A stretch of 63,635 nt of DNA, filler included, from Choristocarpus tenellus KU-1152 (lineage: Eukaryota > Protista > Phaeophyceae), in NCBI GenBank assembly GCA_964200185.2. It is 8 parts of 8 records of this genome, joined end to end, with 100 filler letters (N's around TTAATTAATTAA, not from the genome) between each part and the next. Parts side by side here need not be neighbours in the genome. Positions count along the whole stretch, not along the records: positions 1 to 20,221 come from CAXNAD020000410.1; positions 20,322 to 34,313 come from CAXNAD020001307.1; 6 more parts are not named here. One strand, given 5' to 3'. The notes under the pieces are model-generated. The model worked only from the letters and a program-made list of their open reading frames with translations. It did not search any database and was not told where the DNA came from. Shown piece after piece: positions 10,901 through 22,695 of this stretch. Both the position numbers and the translations under genes were made by a program. Position 1 is the stretch's first letter, and the number at the start of each line of letters is the position of its first letter.

Positions 10901-13900
10901 CTTGACAACACTTCTCTCCCCTACAAGGTACTTGTACTTTGAAGTGTAACATTTGGAAGGTGATACACCTTGTCATTGACAGGAGTGCGATGGATGTGGC
11001 AGCTACACCAGCAGGGTGCAGGAGGAATTGTTGGAGACGAAATGGGTCTGGGCAAGACAGTCCAGGTACTTAGTCATCAACCAGGTACAGAATTGTGATA
11101 GGGTTGAACAACTTTTGAGGTTGCTAAGGCATTACCAGATGGATGCAAAATGGATACAGTACTGTGATCTTTTCTTGCTTTGTGAACACCCCTTCTCCTG
11201 TGAAATAGTATACCCAAGAGATTGTTGACGTGATTTTATGGTTACTAAAAATAACAGGTTTCTGCCTACCTTGGAGCTCTAAGCAGCAGTGGCCTTCTGG
11301 AGTCTGCCCTGATTGTTGCACCGGCTACTGTGCTCTCTCACTGGATGGCAGAACTTCACTCTTGGGCCCCAGAGCTTCGTGTAGTGATACTACATCGATG
11401 TAGTCCTGCTTTTAGTGCAGCATGTACTAGTACAGGTAGGAACTTGCGTACAATCTTGATGGGTGAGACAGATCCAGGAGGAGGCAGCACAGCAAAATGT
11501 CCTTCAAGTCGTATCTAGTGGATTGCCCATGTCCATTTGAGGTGACACAGTTGTTCTATACATATTTTCCTGTATGCATGTATGTATGTATGTTGTATGT
11601 ATGTGTGTGTTTTGTTCTTGTTTGACACGCAGGCAAGGTGCGGACAATGGTTCGAAAGGTGCTGAGCTTTCATGGGGTGGTATTGATAACATCCTACAAT
11701 GGCTTGAAGTCACTCAAGACAATGCTGGTACCACACAATTGGGACTACTGTGTGCTGGATGAGGGACAAGTCATCCGCAACCCAGATGCAGAGGTACTCT
11801 TGCTTATTGTGTGGTAGAGCTTGTTGTAGTTGTCATGTACAATTCATTACTCTGTTATCTCTCTAAGCATGTAGCAAGCCCTAATCCTTTGTTTTTGTTC
11901 TTCAGAGCAGAGGTAAATTTTACCTGAGTATTATATTCATACTTAGAAGTGCTAGAAATTCTTGATATTGATACTGATATTTCATTGCTTGACCACAGTC
12001 TATACTCCACTGCTTACAACAATCTCAATAGGTTACTCTTGTGTGCAAGCAAATAAGGACTGTACACAGACTGGTCCTGACTGGAACTCCCATACAGAAT
12101 AATCTGCGGGAGCTATGGAGTCTTTTTGATTTTGTGTTTCCTGGTCGTCTAGGCTCTCTCCCTGCATTTGATGCAGAATTTGCTACTCCAATCAGAGTTG
12201 GTGGCTATGCCAGTGCGAGGTGAATATTTCCTGATCGCTTTGTGACATCAGCAGTGTTGGTCATAGGTGTGAAATACATAGTACAAGGCAGAGACCTCCG
12301 TACTTTTAGGTGGTTGTTGAGAAATGTTTTGTATGTGTGGAAATGCTATATTGCAAGCACTAGCCAGTGTGCAAAGCCTTGCCAGTGCAGGGTCTCCTGA
12401 TCATTTGCTTTTTGATTTGTACTCCCTGTCATACCCTACAATTTTTTTCAACGCTTCATGGTGTAGCCCTCTCCATGCTCATTTTGTTGTATGATCATGT
12501 TAATGTACGTAAGATACATTCATCCACACTATTATTATTTATGGCATTGGTGAGTCAATATGTTTGCTACACGGAGTGCTGTGGTGTTTTAAATGTTACA
12601 TCCTTCTCCTGTTCTAGAACTTGTAACTCCTCTAACTTCCATGTGTGGCATGGATTTGTCAGCCCTATACAGGCACGCCTAGCATATTGCTGTGCTCTTG
12701 TTCTTCGTGACCTTGTGCAGCCATACCTTTTGAGGAGACAGAAGAAAGATCTGCAGGACATACTTGATCTTCCAAAAAAGACAGAACAGGTTAGTATGGA
12801 GAGGGATGGTATCACAATACAAGGATTGATCGAGTGTGAGACAGCACAGTTGAATTAGATTACAATACAAGGAAGGATTCCGTTACTTCTTTTGGACAGG
12901 GTACTTCTATCAGTGTAAAATGTCTGTATTAGGGGTATGTGGAACCACCAGTTGAATCTGATAGGTATCAACGTTTGCAGGACACGTTGTGTTAACATAT
13001 GTGTCACATATGTGAAGTGCTTCTTGTTTATGGCCTGCAAGAAAGAGTCATATCTGCATCTCTGGCCTCAATTGGATAATGCAATAACTGGTCATCCTAA
13101 TATACTTTTCCACCTCAACATGAGCTTTTTTTGCAACAGGTGCTCTTCTGTCGTTTAACACCATACCAGCGTCGCCTTTACATGGAATTCCTAGAGTCTG
13201 CTGAAGTGAAGAGTGTGCTCAGGCGGGCAACACGCTCCTTTCGAGCAATTTGCATTTTACGCAAGCTGTGTAACCACCCAGATCTGGTGTGCCGTCTGGG
13301 TGACTCTGTTGTTACCAGGTGCTGTACTTGTATGGATGGATTGACCATGTTCAGATATACATACGTGCTGAATTAATACTGAAGCACGATTGCGTCAATG
13401 CCAGATATAATTTTTTCATCATCTTCTAACTGCATGCATTGCTGATTGATAGGCTTTCAGGTCACAACATTTGGGAAGATGAAAATGAAAGTGATGAGGA
13501 CAATAGTGATAGCAAAAGGGTTAACGGGATTGACTGGGAGGAGGAGGGCGCCCTTCAGCGCTCAGGCAAACTACTTGTTCTTCATCATATTCTGCCATTG
13601 TGGCACAAGCAGGTTTTTAAGTTTTGGCATGTCATGTTTCTCTTTGAGGAAAATAAGCATGGGATCGAATTGCTGATATCTACATCCAAACTATTCAGAA
13701 AGAAACGTAAGTCACCAGGGTAGTGCTTGACAATATTGATAGTGTTTGAGTGACATATTTTATCCCTTCTATTCTCAACTTGTGCTGACTGTTGAGTATT
13801 TGTGATCTAACAAACCCCTTTTGATCTCTTGACCCTTCCTGCTGTGTCTACTACAGGGTCATCGTGTCCTCCTGTTCTCTCAGACTCGGCAGATGCTCAA

Positions 13901-16900
13901 CATCATTGAGCAATTTGTGGTCCGATCAGGCTGGTCATATGGGAGGCTGGATGGCAACACCCCAGTAGGCTCAAGGCAGGCAAGCACATGACAAGGGAGA
14001 CAGACCACCATGCCATCATTACTGCATACAGTTGACACATGTGCCAGTTGATCATGTTATCCTCAAAGTGAACTCAACCTCTAAAACCCACTCAATGCTC
14101 AACTCCGATGTACCTTTAATCAGGTCTCGTTTGAAACTCTGCTATTAGTTTATACAACCAATGACAACCATCACCACCACTTGCTTGCAGGCACTGATTG
14201 ACTGCTTCAATGGAGATCGCTCTGTTTTTATAATGCTTCTCACAACCCGGACTGGGGGAGTTGGGGTTAATCTCACTGGAGCTGATCGAGTAATCCTCTT
14301 TGATCCGGACTGGAATCCCAGCACTGATTCACAGGTTGTGAACATACACATTGCCCCTTGGTATTTATCTGGATATGACGTGCCTACAATCTAAAATGTG
14401 ATGATATATATATATATATATTAATAATATTAATAATATGCAGGCACAGGCGCACAGTTCTTTCTCCCCAAAGGTCCCATGTTGTATGTTATGGAAGGGG
14501 TGAATTGTTTTTTCTGTGTTAAGTATGGACCAAATTCATATATATTTGTCCAATTCAAGTACTATACAATGTCATAATCTGCCTTGAATGCAACAAAGTG
14601 CCTGGCCAAATACAGTATCCCAGCCCTCCTTTAAAAGAGTAATTTCCCTGGTCTTGAGATGACAGCACCAGAGCACATTAATGATAGGTCCATTATAATA
14701 TACTAGTGTATTTATATTTTTTCACTGATAAAGCGTAGAGAATGGCATTGTACTTTGGCACAAGCCTTAGCAACAACATGTACTGTACACTCAGGAGGTT
14801 ATCTATGGAGATACTCAACGCAGCACTGTGGTGTGGTAGGGTTGATCTATCATTAGGACAAAATGGGGTACAAGTGAAACCATTTTTTTTTGTTAATGGC
14901 AATTCTGTTGATCGGGTCACCAAGTATTTCCACTGTTTGCCTCATGTAAGTAAGTGTGCATGTTTTCCCCAGCCACTTGTCACTAAGGTTGGGCATACCA
15001 TACATGCGTTCTTTTCCCTTCAACTAATTGAGTTCTTGATAGCTATGTCGATACCCAACCTCAGTCTTTATTGATGGATTATCTTGATTAGAGTTGTGTA
15101 TCCCAAAAATTATAACTAGGTGTGATCCCTTCAAATCTGTCCTATTAATAGGCACTATCCTTTGTCAATTTAAGGTCATGGACAAATCTACCATCCCATG
15201 TTGATTTTGTTGCAACATTTCTACAAGTGACATTAAGGGGGGTTCTGTAGTGAAGTGATGAGTTGTTTTTTGTTATGTTGCTCATAATGTAGTCTTACCT
15301 GTGAGAACATATATTTTCTTTTGTCTTGTGTTAACATCCCAGGCAAGGGAGCGGGCGTGGCGTGTTGGACAGCAACGAAATGTTACTGTGTACCGCCTCA
15401 TCACTGCTGGGACCATTGAAGAGAAGGTTTATCACAGGCAAATATTCAAGACAGCACTCACCAATAGGGTTCTACAGGTTAGAATATGTGCGGCCTATGG
15501 CTAGGGTTCATCTATGCTCAATTTATCAAACTGCACTACCTAATTAATGGCTGAGAGCTCATGATGGACACTTATTCTCTTCTTCTTTCCCCCATTTTTG
15601 TCCAGGACCCCAAGCAGAGGCGAATGTTTAGTGCTGACGAGCTGAAAGATCTCTTCACCCTCACTGATGATGGGGCTCTAAATGGGTTCACTGATACAAT
15701 TGACATATTCCAGGTGAGAGGATTCTAGCATGAACGCACAATTGCTTAATATGATATTGTTGTGATGAGTATGAAGGATGCATTTAGGTTATCCTTAATA
15801 TGATATTGTTGTGATGAGTATGAAGGATGCATTTAGGTTATCCTTACAACTTGTCACTCCACTTTTCTCAAACATAATTGTCATACAATCCTTGAACTCT
15901 GTACAGGGAGAGGGTAAGGTTGACCGTCCTGATAATGTCCATGACATCAAAGATAGTGGAAGGAAGAGAAATCGACACCATAGCACAAGTACAGCTCGGA
16001 GCCAATGCCCAGAAACCCATGGCATAAAAGGCAAAGGCAAGAGTAAGTGGGAAAGTGCAAACACCTTAATATCTTCTTCCTTCATAACAGAAGGGGTAAT
16101 TTCTCGCAATGCCGGGAGCATATCAAATGAGGACAACACTATTGACAGGTCCAAAGGAGATGATTCCGCTGTTCTACAAGCGCTTTTTGATGATAGCCCC
16201 CTCTCGAGTGTCTTCCTCCATGATCTTGCAGAAGATTCTTCTAAAGGTACTTCAAACAGCGCAAAAGTAGGGACCTAGCCTACAGGTTTTGATGGCCAAG
16301 TCACACCTTGTAATTGGGTGTGTGTGCTTGAGTCACCACTTGTAGAGAGAGAAGGTCTATGGTTGTACATACCACAGGAATTGTGTCCCAGTTATTGTGT
16401 GTTTTGAAACTTTGTTCTTTCTTATTATATTTAGATGACCAATTGATGGGCAAAAGAAAAGTAGGTTAGATTGGTCCAAGCCTTGGAAAACCAGACATTT
16501 TCTCACCCTTACAAAGTATGATTATCAATAGTCAGGTTGTGAATAATATCAGTTCAATTATTTTGACAAAGAAAAGGTTTATTCAAAACCTTTAGATTAG
16601 TTGGTAGTTTGCCTGTACACATGCTTACTGCACTTTCTGCTGAATTTTCTTTGCTGGGCCTCTCAGCACTGTCTGATCTAATACCTCAGCTACAGCTCAC
16701 ATGCTTTGACCAAATTTAATGCCACCAAAGATTTTGAGCTGATGAAGTTTATTCTCACCAATCCTTTCACTTCACATCTCTACTCTTTAGGTATTGCTCA
16801 TCTCTCACTTGAAGACAGGCGTGTGGAGGAGGATGCTAAGCGTGCTGCCAAGAAAGCACTTGACCAACTTCGAATGTCCAGGCAGACTGTTCGTGCTGGA

Positions 16901-18658
16901 GCTGGCCAGGTGTGCTTCATTTTTGAAAGATGTTACTGAGGGAGTGAGTATGTCCTTTTCAGGAAAGCCCACTTAGCACTTGAGCTGGTTATTCCGAAAA
17001 TTTAACTCTGCACCTTCACATTTCAATTTTCTGTCCTGGATGGAAAACAAATGCATTGCCCATTTCTTGGAATGGCATGCTTTTCAGGTGAGCTACATTC
17101 ATTAAACCAGAAAACCTCAGAAGTTTGTTAACTCCAGAGTGGGATGAATTAGTTCAGGTTGCTATAGTCCTAGTGATGCTTATGGAGGAGGTCAATTACT
17201 TGATGCATAGAAGTGCAGCCAAAGAAAATTTGAACCGTGTTTCATGCTGGAAAACTAGTGTCACCTACCTGTGTTGCTATGTAGCACTTCTAAGCCAGAT
17301 TTTTCCATACATTTTTGCAGAATCTAGCTGACTCCTTGCTTAAAGCTTCACTGTACTTGTTTCATGTTGATTTTGTTTCATGTACACAAAGTTTAGTTAC
17401 CACTATCGCCAGCACTTGCTTAGGTTAACTAATCGTGGTGTGTTCTACTTGTATTGTTGGCAGGGAGGGTTCCAGTCTTCATGGACTGGTAGGAATGGAG
17501 GGAGCTCTGCAGGGTCTTTGTCAAGGGTTAAGGGTACACACCAAGAACGACGCTTTGGGAAGGTTTCCCATCCACTTTCTTCCAGGAAAAATGGAAAGTC
17601 TTCAAGTAGCAAGCCCTCACTGGGTGATTCAGCAGGCACATCTGAGGATACTGGACCAGGAGGCTTGACCTCACAGGTGCAGTACTGTTGTATTTTGTGG
17701 AGGTAAAAATGTTGACATGATAACCCTTGTGAGTGGCAGTAGGTACAAAATTGTTAAAAGTCATATCAAAGATGAAAGTGATCTCTAGAAGATGAAAAGG
17801 TTGTTACAAGCTTATGGAGAGACCTCAGACACTTTTCACTATGGTTGACACAAGAATGCCTGGGTACTAACCCCTAACGCGGAAGTTCATATGTTGTGTG
17901 CTCCCAGGAACCAGCCAGGGGACAGTCTTTAGATATACAGTGAGGAGTGAGGAGTAAACCTAATGGATTGTAAAGAGCAGGCTAATATTATTTGGAAACT
18001 GCAGCATGTAGTAGTGTATCAAGTCAATAGATAATGGGACTTATCTTCAACTTAAAGTGTGTGTTTATTTAGTTCTTCCCACTCTGCATTGATGTATCAG
18101 GACCTGTTGAAGCATATCCGCAACCGCAACAAGGAGCGAACACAACAGGCCCCAGGACTCTTTCCAGGTACCAAGCATACAGAAGGAGTAGAGTTCCCAT
18201 GTCTTCAATTACACAGCATGCTGTTCAGCTAATGCATCTTTTTACATGCCTGGGATGTATCTCTTGCATTGAGACTCTTTACTAAGCAGTTTTTCTCCTT
18301 GCGCAGAGCTTGAGGTTGGAGGAACAGTTGAGGATGAGACCGATGATGTTCGCCTGGTATCACTTCTTCAAAGATTGCAGGTAAGTTGGTGATCACAAAA
18401 TCAATTCTTAGACTCTTCTCTTTGCTTGGATGTGAGCTAATGTGATACTTGCCTCTTTATCCCTCTACTCTTGTTCAGGCATTCTTGTCCCAGTCTAGCC
18501 AGGGGATTGACACAGCAGCGGTGGTTCATGAGTTTTCAGATGTGGATCCTACAGACGCACCTGTGTTTCGCCAACTTCTTCATGGTGTTGCAGTGTGTGT
18601 TGATGGAGAGTGGACATTGAGAGAGGAAACATCTAGCACTATCACAGAACGAGGATGA
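7987..18658 (+). CDS. ERCC6: ERCC6/CSB/Rad26 SNF2-family transcription-coupled repair ATPase. 5' exons at 7987-~8265 have uncertain boundaries; then ~8383-9157, 9489-9733, 9930-10068, 10983-11065, 11258-11435, 11633-11793, 12032-12219, 12663-12789, 13140-13318, 13453-13612, 13857-13979, 14191-14334, 15343-15477, 15606-15713, 15907-16246, 16791-16909, 17464-17676, 18101-18167, 18307-18380, 18479-18658
   Basis: Motifs seen: [15 protein letters not shown] (Walker A), [14 protein letters not shown] (Walker B), [139 protein letters not shown], and a C-terminal winged-helix-like end (FRQLLHGVA...WTL). Splice phases are consistent. Confidence 0.95.
15745..15842. repeat. Exact 49-bp tandem duplication in an ERCC6 intron
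   Basis: cttaatatgatattgttgtgatgagtatgaaggatgcatttaggttatc occurs twice back to back. Confidence 0.9.
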
Positions 18659-20159
18659 AATTCAACTGTGAAATGCTCCAGCTCTGTAACTGTCCTCCTT
18701 TATTTTTTGAGTTTACAAATAGTACATAGCAGATTATAGAGTTATCTTTAGTGCTTCACAGAATTTCTTACTAATTTCAAAAACTTGTATATACTACACA
18801 CTGAAGTTTTATAAAGATGCTGGCCGTACAGCACAACAGGACTGGAGCATGCCAAGCAGGTGCCACAGATGTCACATGATATACTAAGGAAAGCACTCCC
18901 GTTTGGTTGTGTGCAGCAATTTAGTCTGGAAGCAGAGTGGGCCAACAAACACCCCAGCTTCAAGAAAGGAATATCTAGGCCTCTAGTTTGTTAAGTAGTA
19001 CACTATTTGGCCAGTTGTTCACCCTCTACTTAGGCAATGGTGTAAGTTTTCTGCAACTTTCAGATATCTTTGGTGTACTTGGAAGTCATGATGATGATAT
19101 TTGTAACAACCCCGATCATACTCTCCACTTCCTGTCTCGGTTGCTTCATCCATTCAAAATTCTTTGCTGTACATTGATGGTAGTTATTACACGGCATATC
19201 AGCAAGGTTTTGGTATTTATGCTGAAGTGTATACCTTCAAGTTAGAGTCTCCATTTTGAGTATCTGTCGCAAATGGGCAATTCTTAATGTTCTGATTTCC
19301 ACAATCTGTATTACTATAATATCCCACAATGACTGATAGTGTTGCTTCAAGCACTGTGTACCAGTACCCTCTCTCTTCCTACTGTTAACTGATCTTCAAC
19401 TCACAAAAAGAAACAGGTACCTCAATGGGTATTTATGCTCATGATGCTGCTACCTTGTACTGTTGATAGCCTCAAGTAAGAATAATGGTTTGCTCTTATC
19501 CTCTACTCTTTAATGTTGAATGTTAAGTGGGCTGTAGTATTGCTCTAATTCATGTTTGAAATAATGTTCCTAGCATATTTATCTGTTACAACACGGTGTA
19601 CTGGTATACTTTTATTGTTTTTAGCAGAGTGAATATCATGGATTTTGAGTACACTTCTACTCTATTCTATGGCTCTACTCATACCTCCAATCAGATTAGC
19701 TTCAAGAAGTGTAATCAACATTTCCCAACCCCAATAAAAAAGTAGTCAATCCAATCACTGGCATGTTGAAAGGAGGAGGTTCTGGATGACTACCGGCACC
19801 ATGATGGTGATACAAAGATATACTTTCATTCGTGGCCACTACTTGGTGGATTGAGGGAGAGGATGAGAGTAACGAGGAATTATTTTAACACAAAAACTCC
19901 AAAGAATCCGACATAATTAAGCGCGTCTTCATCAGAGGTCTCGTTGAGATATGGGTGATTAACCATCATTTCCGGCCAGTTTTGGGCAGTTTTCCTGTTT
20001 TTGCTAAATCAGCCATTTCAAAAAATAACATTTGTGTTTAGAGGGCGATTTCTCAACCACATTTCGAAATGAAAAAACATCTTGAAGATATTTATGTGCA
20101 GGCCAAAGTTGTTAACTTTCAAACAATATTATTTGTTATTTCTGAATCTCACATTTAAC

Positions 20160-20221
20160 AGCCGATTTCAAAAATTGAGGATGGAGCTTTTCATTGAGGA
20201 TGGGCTTGACCCAAAATTGAC
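20160..20221. repeat. Dispersed repeat (probable non-autonomous DNA transposon end) with inverted relatives at ~59260-59310 and ~46910-46960
   Basis: gccgatttcaaaaattgaggatggagcttttcattgaggat closely matches the reverse complement of ttcctcaataaaaagctccatcctcaattttgatgatcggc. All three copies lie near contig ends. Confidence 0.65.
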
Positions 20222-20321
20222 NNNNNNNNNNNNNNNNNNNNNNNNNNNNNNNNNNNNNNNNNNNNTTAATTAATTAANNNNNNNNNNNNNNNNNNNNNNN
20301 NNNNNNNNNNNNNNNNNNNNN
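20222..20321. other. Artificial scaffold linker (N44-TTAATTAATTAA-N44); also at 34314-34413, 43698-43797, 46796-46895, 50132-50231, 54809-54908 and 59056-59155
   Basis: The same 100-bp N-padded six-frame stop linker appears at seven positions. Confidence 0.98.
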
Positions 20322-20728
20322 AGGTGAACGGCAACCAAATGGGATGGGAGGGGGGGGGGAGTTGGAATGAAGAGGGAAAGAATGAACAGCAATCAAGTCA
20401 TGGCTTGAGGGGAAATTGACTATGCTCCAATGAGAAATGACATGAAATCCATATTGTGCTACTACTTTATTGCCAACATGGGGCAACCACCTTTACGGCA
20501 GGGCATGAGAAAATTTTCACGGAGCCCTTGCAGCACTCAATCGACTGCTAGGCACGAAAAAAAATGTTGCCTTGAGGCTTACGCAGAAAATGCACAACAC
20601 TCAAGATGTTTCACAACTTGTGTGTGCAACTACAACAGCATTTTTAAAGAGAGCGAAATGACCCTACAGTAGTAGCAGTGTAAATTTAGAGAAATCTCTA
20701 TCCCGGAATCTCTTCCTGCTTGGATCAA

Positions 20729-22432
20729 CTAGTACTCGTCCACAACAATGTCAGTAACAGCAGTACTTACCACAACTTGAAGGACTTGTGTTGTAGCATT
20801 CAACACAGTTTTCGTCACCTTTGATTTTCTTCCCTTGAGGGCTTTCTTAGCCCTTTTCTCGTCTCTCATGTCCCGCTTTTTCTTCTGTGCTGTTGAGAGC
20901 AGTTCGTATTCATCCCTCTCCTGCTGCAGCTTCTGCTCCTTGAGCTGCTTGGTCCGCTCCTGCCGCTCCACTCTGGTCATTCGCAATTTCTGCTTTGCCA
21001 CCACCTCGCGCTTGTCAATGACCTTTTTCTTCATACCAGGTGACATCTTAAACCTTTTGTGAGTTTGTTGAGAGGTACACAGTGAGAAAAAACTGTGGGA
21101 GAAGAATCTGGAGAGGGTTAGTATGTGAAATTACCAGGATATTGGGGCTAAAAATACGAGGGTGACTGAGCAGACCTGCATATTTATCTGGGAGCTGTGG
21201 AACACGTTTAGTGAAATACTATTGAGCTTTCTATTTAGGACCTTTTTGCAACAGATTGGTGATTACAAACAACACAAAACCTCCCACTATTCTCCCACAT
21301 CCAACCTGTGAAGGAAGTCAATATAGAACAGGGCCATCTCGACGATCTTGGCCACCCCATTCATGTCTTCCGGACGACTGCTAGCTGGGAGACGGAACCT
21401 GAACCGAAGCACTTTTTTCGGCTTTTCCATCTGTCCTACGACAGGTAATTCATTTTGGTCCGTAAAATGCATTAGTTGCAAGAGATTCCCTTCAGTCCTG
21501 CCCAGCGTCTTCAGTACCACTGGCGGTAACAGTGGTTCCACCAGAGACGCGTTTTCGGAGAGGCAGATTAAACCCTCAGGTAGCTCCGATGCTTCAACAG
21601 CACCGGCAAAGTCCTTTAAGTGCGGAATTTCTGAGAGTACCTTTTTCACGTTTCGCTTTCGAGTGACTGCGAAGACCATGGGCTCGATGTCGCCATCATC
21701 CAAGGCAACCTCAAGAGTCACTGTATCCTGAGCCGGAGTCAGTAGCCCCCACACCAGCATGACGAGATCCTGCCGTTCGATTAAGTCAATGCGTACCAGC
21801 ACGCCATCGCAGCCCTTCCTCCCTGTGGCATAAAAAAGAAAGTCACTACAGGATTCCCGGAAGAGGATCTGCCGTCCGTCGGAAGGGGGGTCTTCCATCC
21901 CTGCCCCGGACTGCAAGAACTGGGATTGAAACAGTTCTCGTACACTACCGATGAAAGCGTGGGCGATCACGTAGTTCCTTCTGCGGCCCTTGACGTACAC
22001 TATGCCACATATTGCAACAAGCGCAATGGCAAAACACTCGTTCTTGTAGGTTTGTGCGTTCCTCCACCATTGTTTCTTCCTTCCTAGTCGAGGCCTCTCG
22101 TTCACCTCCTTCGATACCGCATCTGTACTCTTATCTAAACTCTGCTCTGTATTCTCATCTAGAGGTGATTTCTCGGGAGCTTGAATGATCTCCTGGGGAG
22201 CTTGAATGATCTCCTGAGGAACTTGAATGATCTCCTGGGGAGCTTGAATGATCTCCTGGGGAGCTTGAATACTCTCGTGTATATTATCCTGTGGACCTTG
22301 GGTAGTCTCATGTTCACCCTTTCTGCCTATGCGCCTCCACATGTTTATTTTCCTCTTCGCCTCGGTCTGTTTGTAACACGAGAACAGCACCAGCCATAGC
22401 ACACATACCCCAAGGGTCCTCCATGCCTGCAT
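20729..22432 (-). CDS. CCDC47: CCDC47 / DUF1682 family ER membrane protein (PAT complex subunit); exons 22432-21306 and 21053-20729
   Basis: Signal-like N-terminus, a single TM (FAIALVAICGIVYV) followed by GRRRN..IA, FYATGRKGCDGVLVRIDLIERQDL, MVFAV, MHFTDQ, and a basic coiled-coil C-terminal tail. The phase-2 GT-AG intron joins FLHR|FKMSPG. Confidence 0.88.
22178..22270 (-). repeat. Coding 21-bp minisatellite (QAPQEII, about 4.5 copies) in CCDC47
   Basis: The gagcttgaatgatctcctggg unit is repeated in tandem. Confidence 0.9.
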
Positions 22433-22695
22433 CTCCCTTTACTTCACCACAGGTGCTCCACTCGATGCTATAACCTCAACTACTGTGTATCATTTTCCTT
22501 CTTCCACAACAAAGGTTTCAAATAACTGTCGAGGCTTGTTCCTTCAAAATTGAATTTTGAAAATGTGGGTGGGTTTTGTACGAATAGGAATATGGGCAGT
22601 GAATGACCCCACCACTGCTAGAGGGTGAGAGGGGAAGGGAAGTACCTGCAGAGCGGTTAGGATACCCACCGACATAAAAATATTTTGACAACGGG

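Noticed and set aside
20266-20277. TTAATTAATTAA palindrome recurring seven times as a biological site
   Set aside because: Always centred in N runs of fixed length, so it is an assembly linker.
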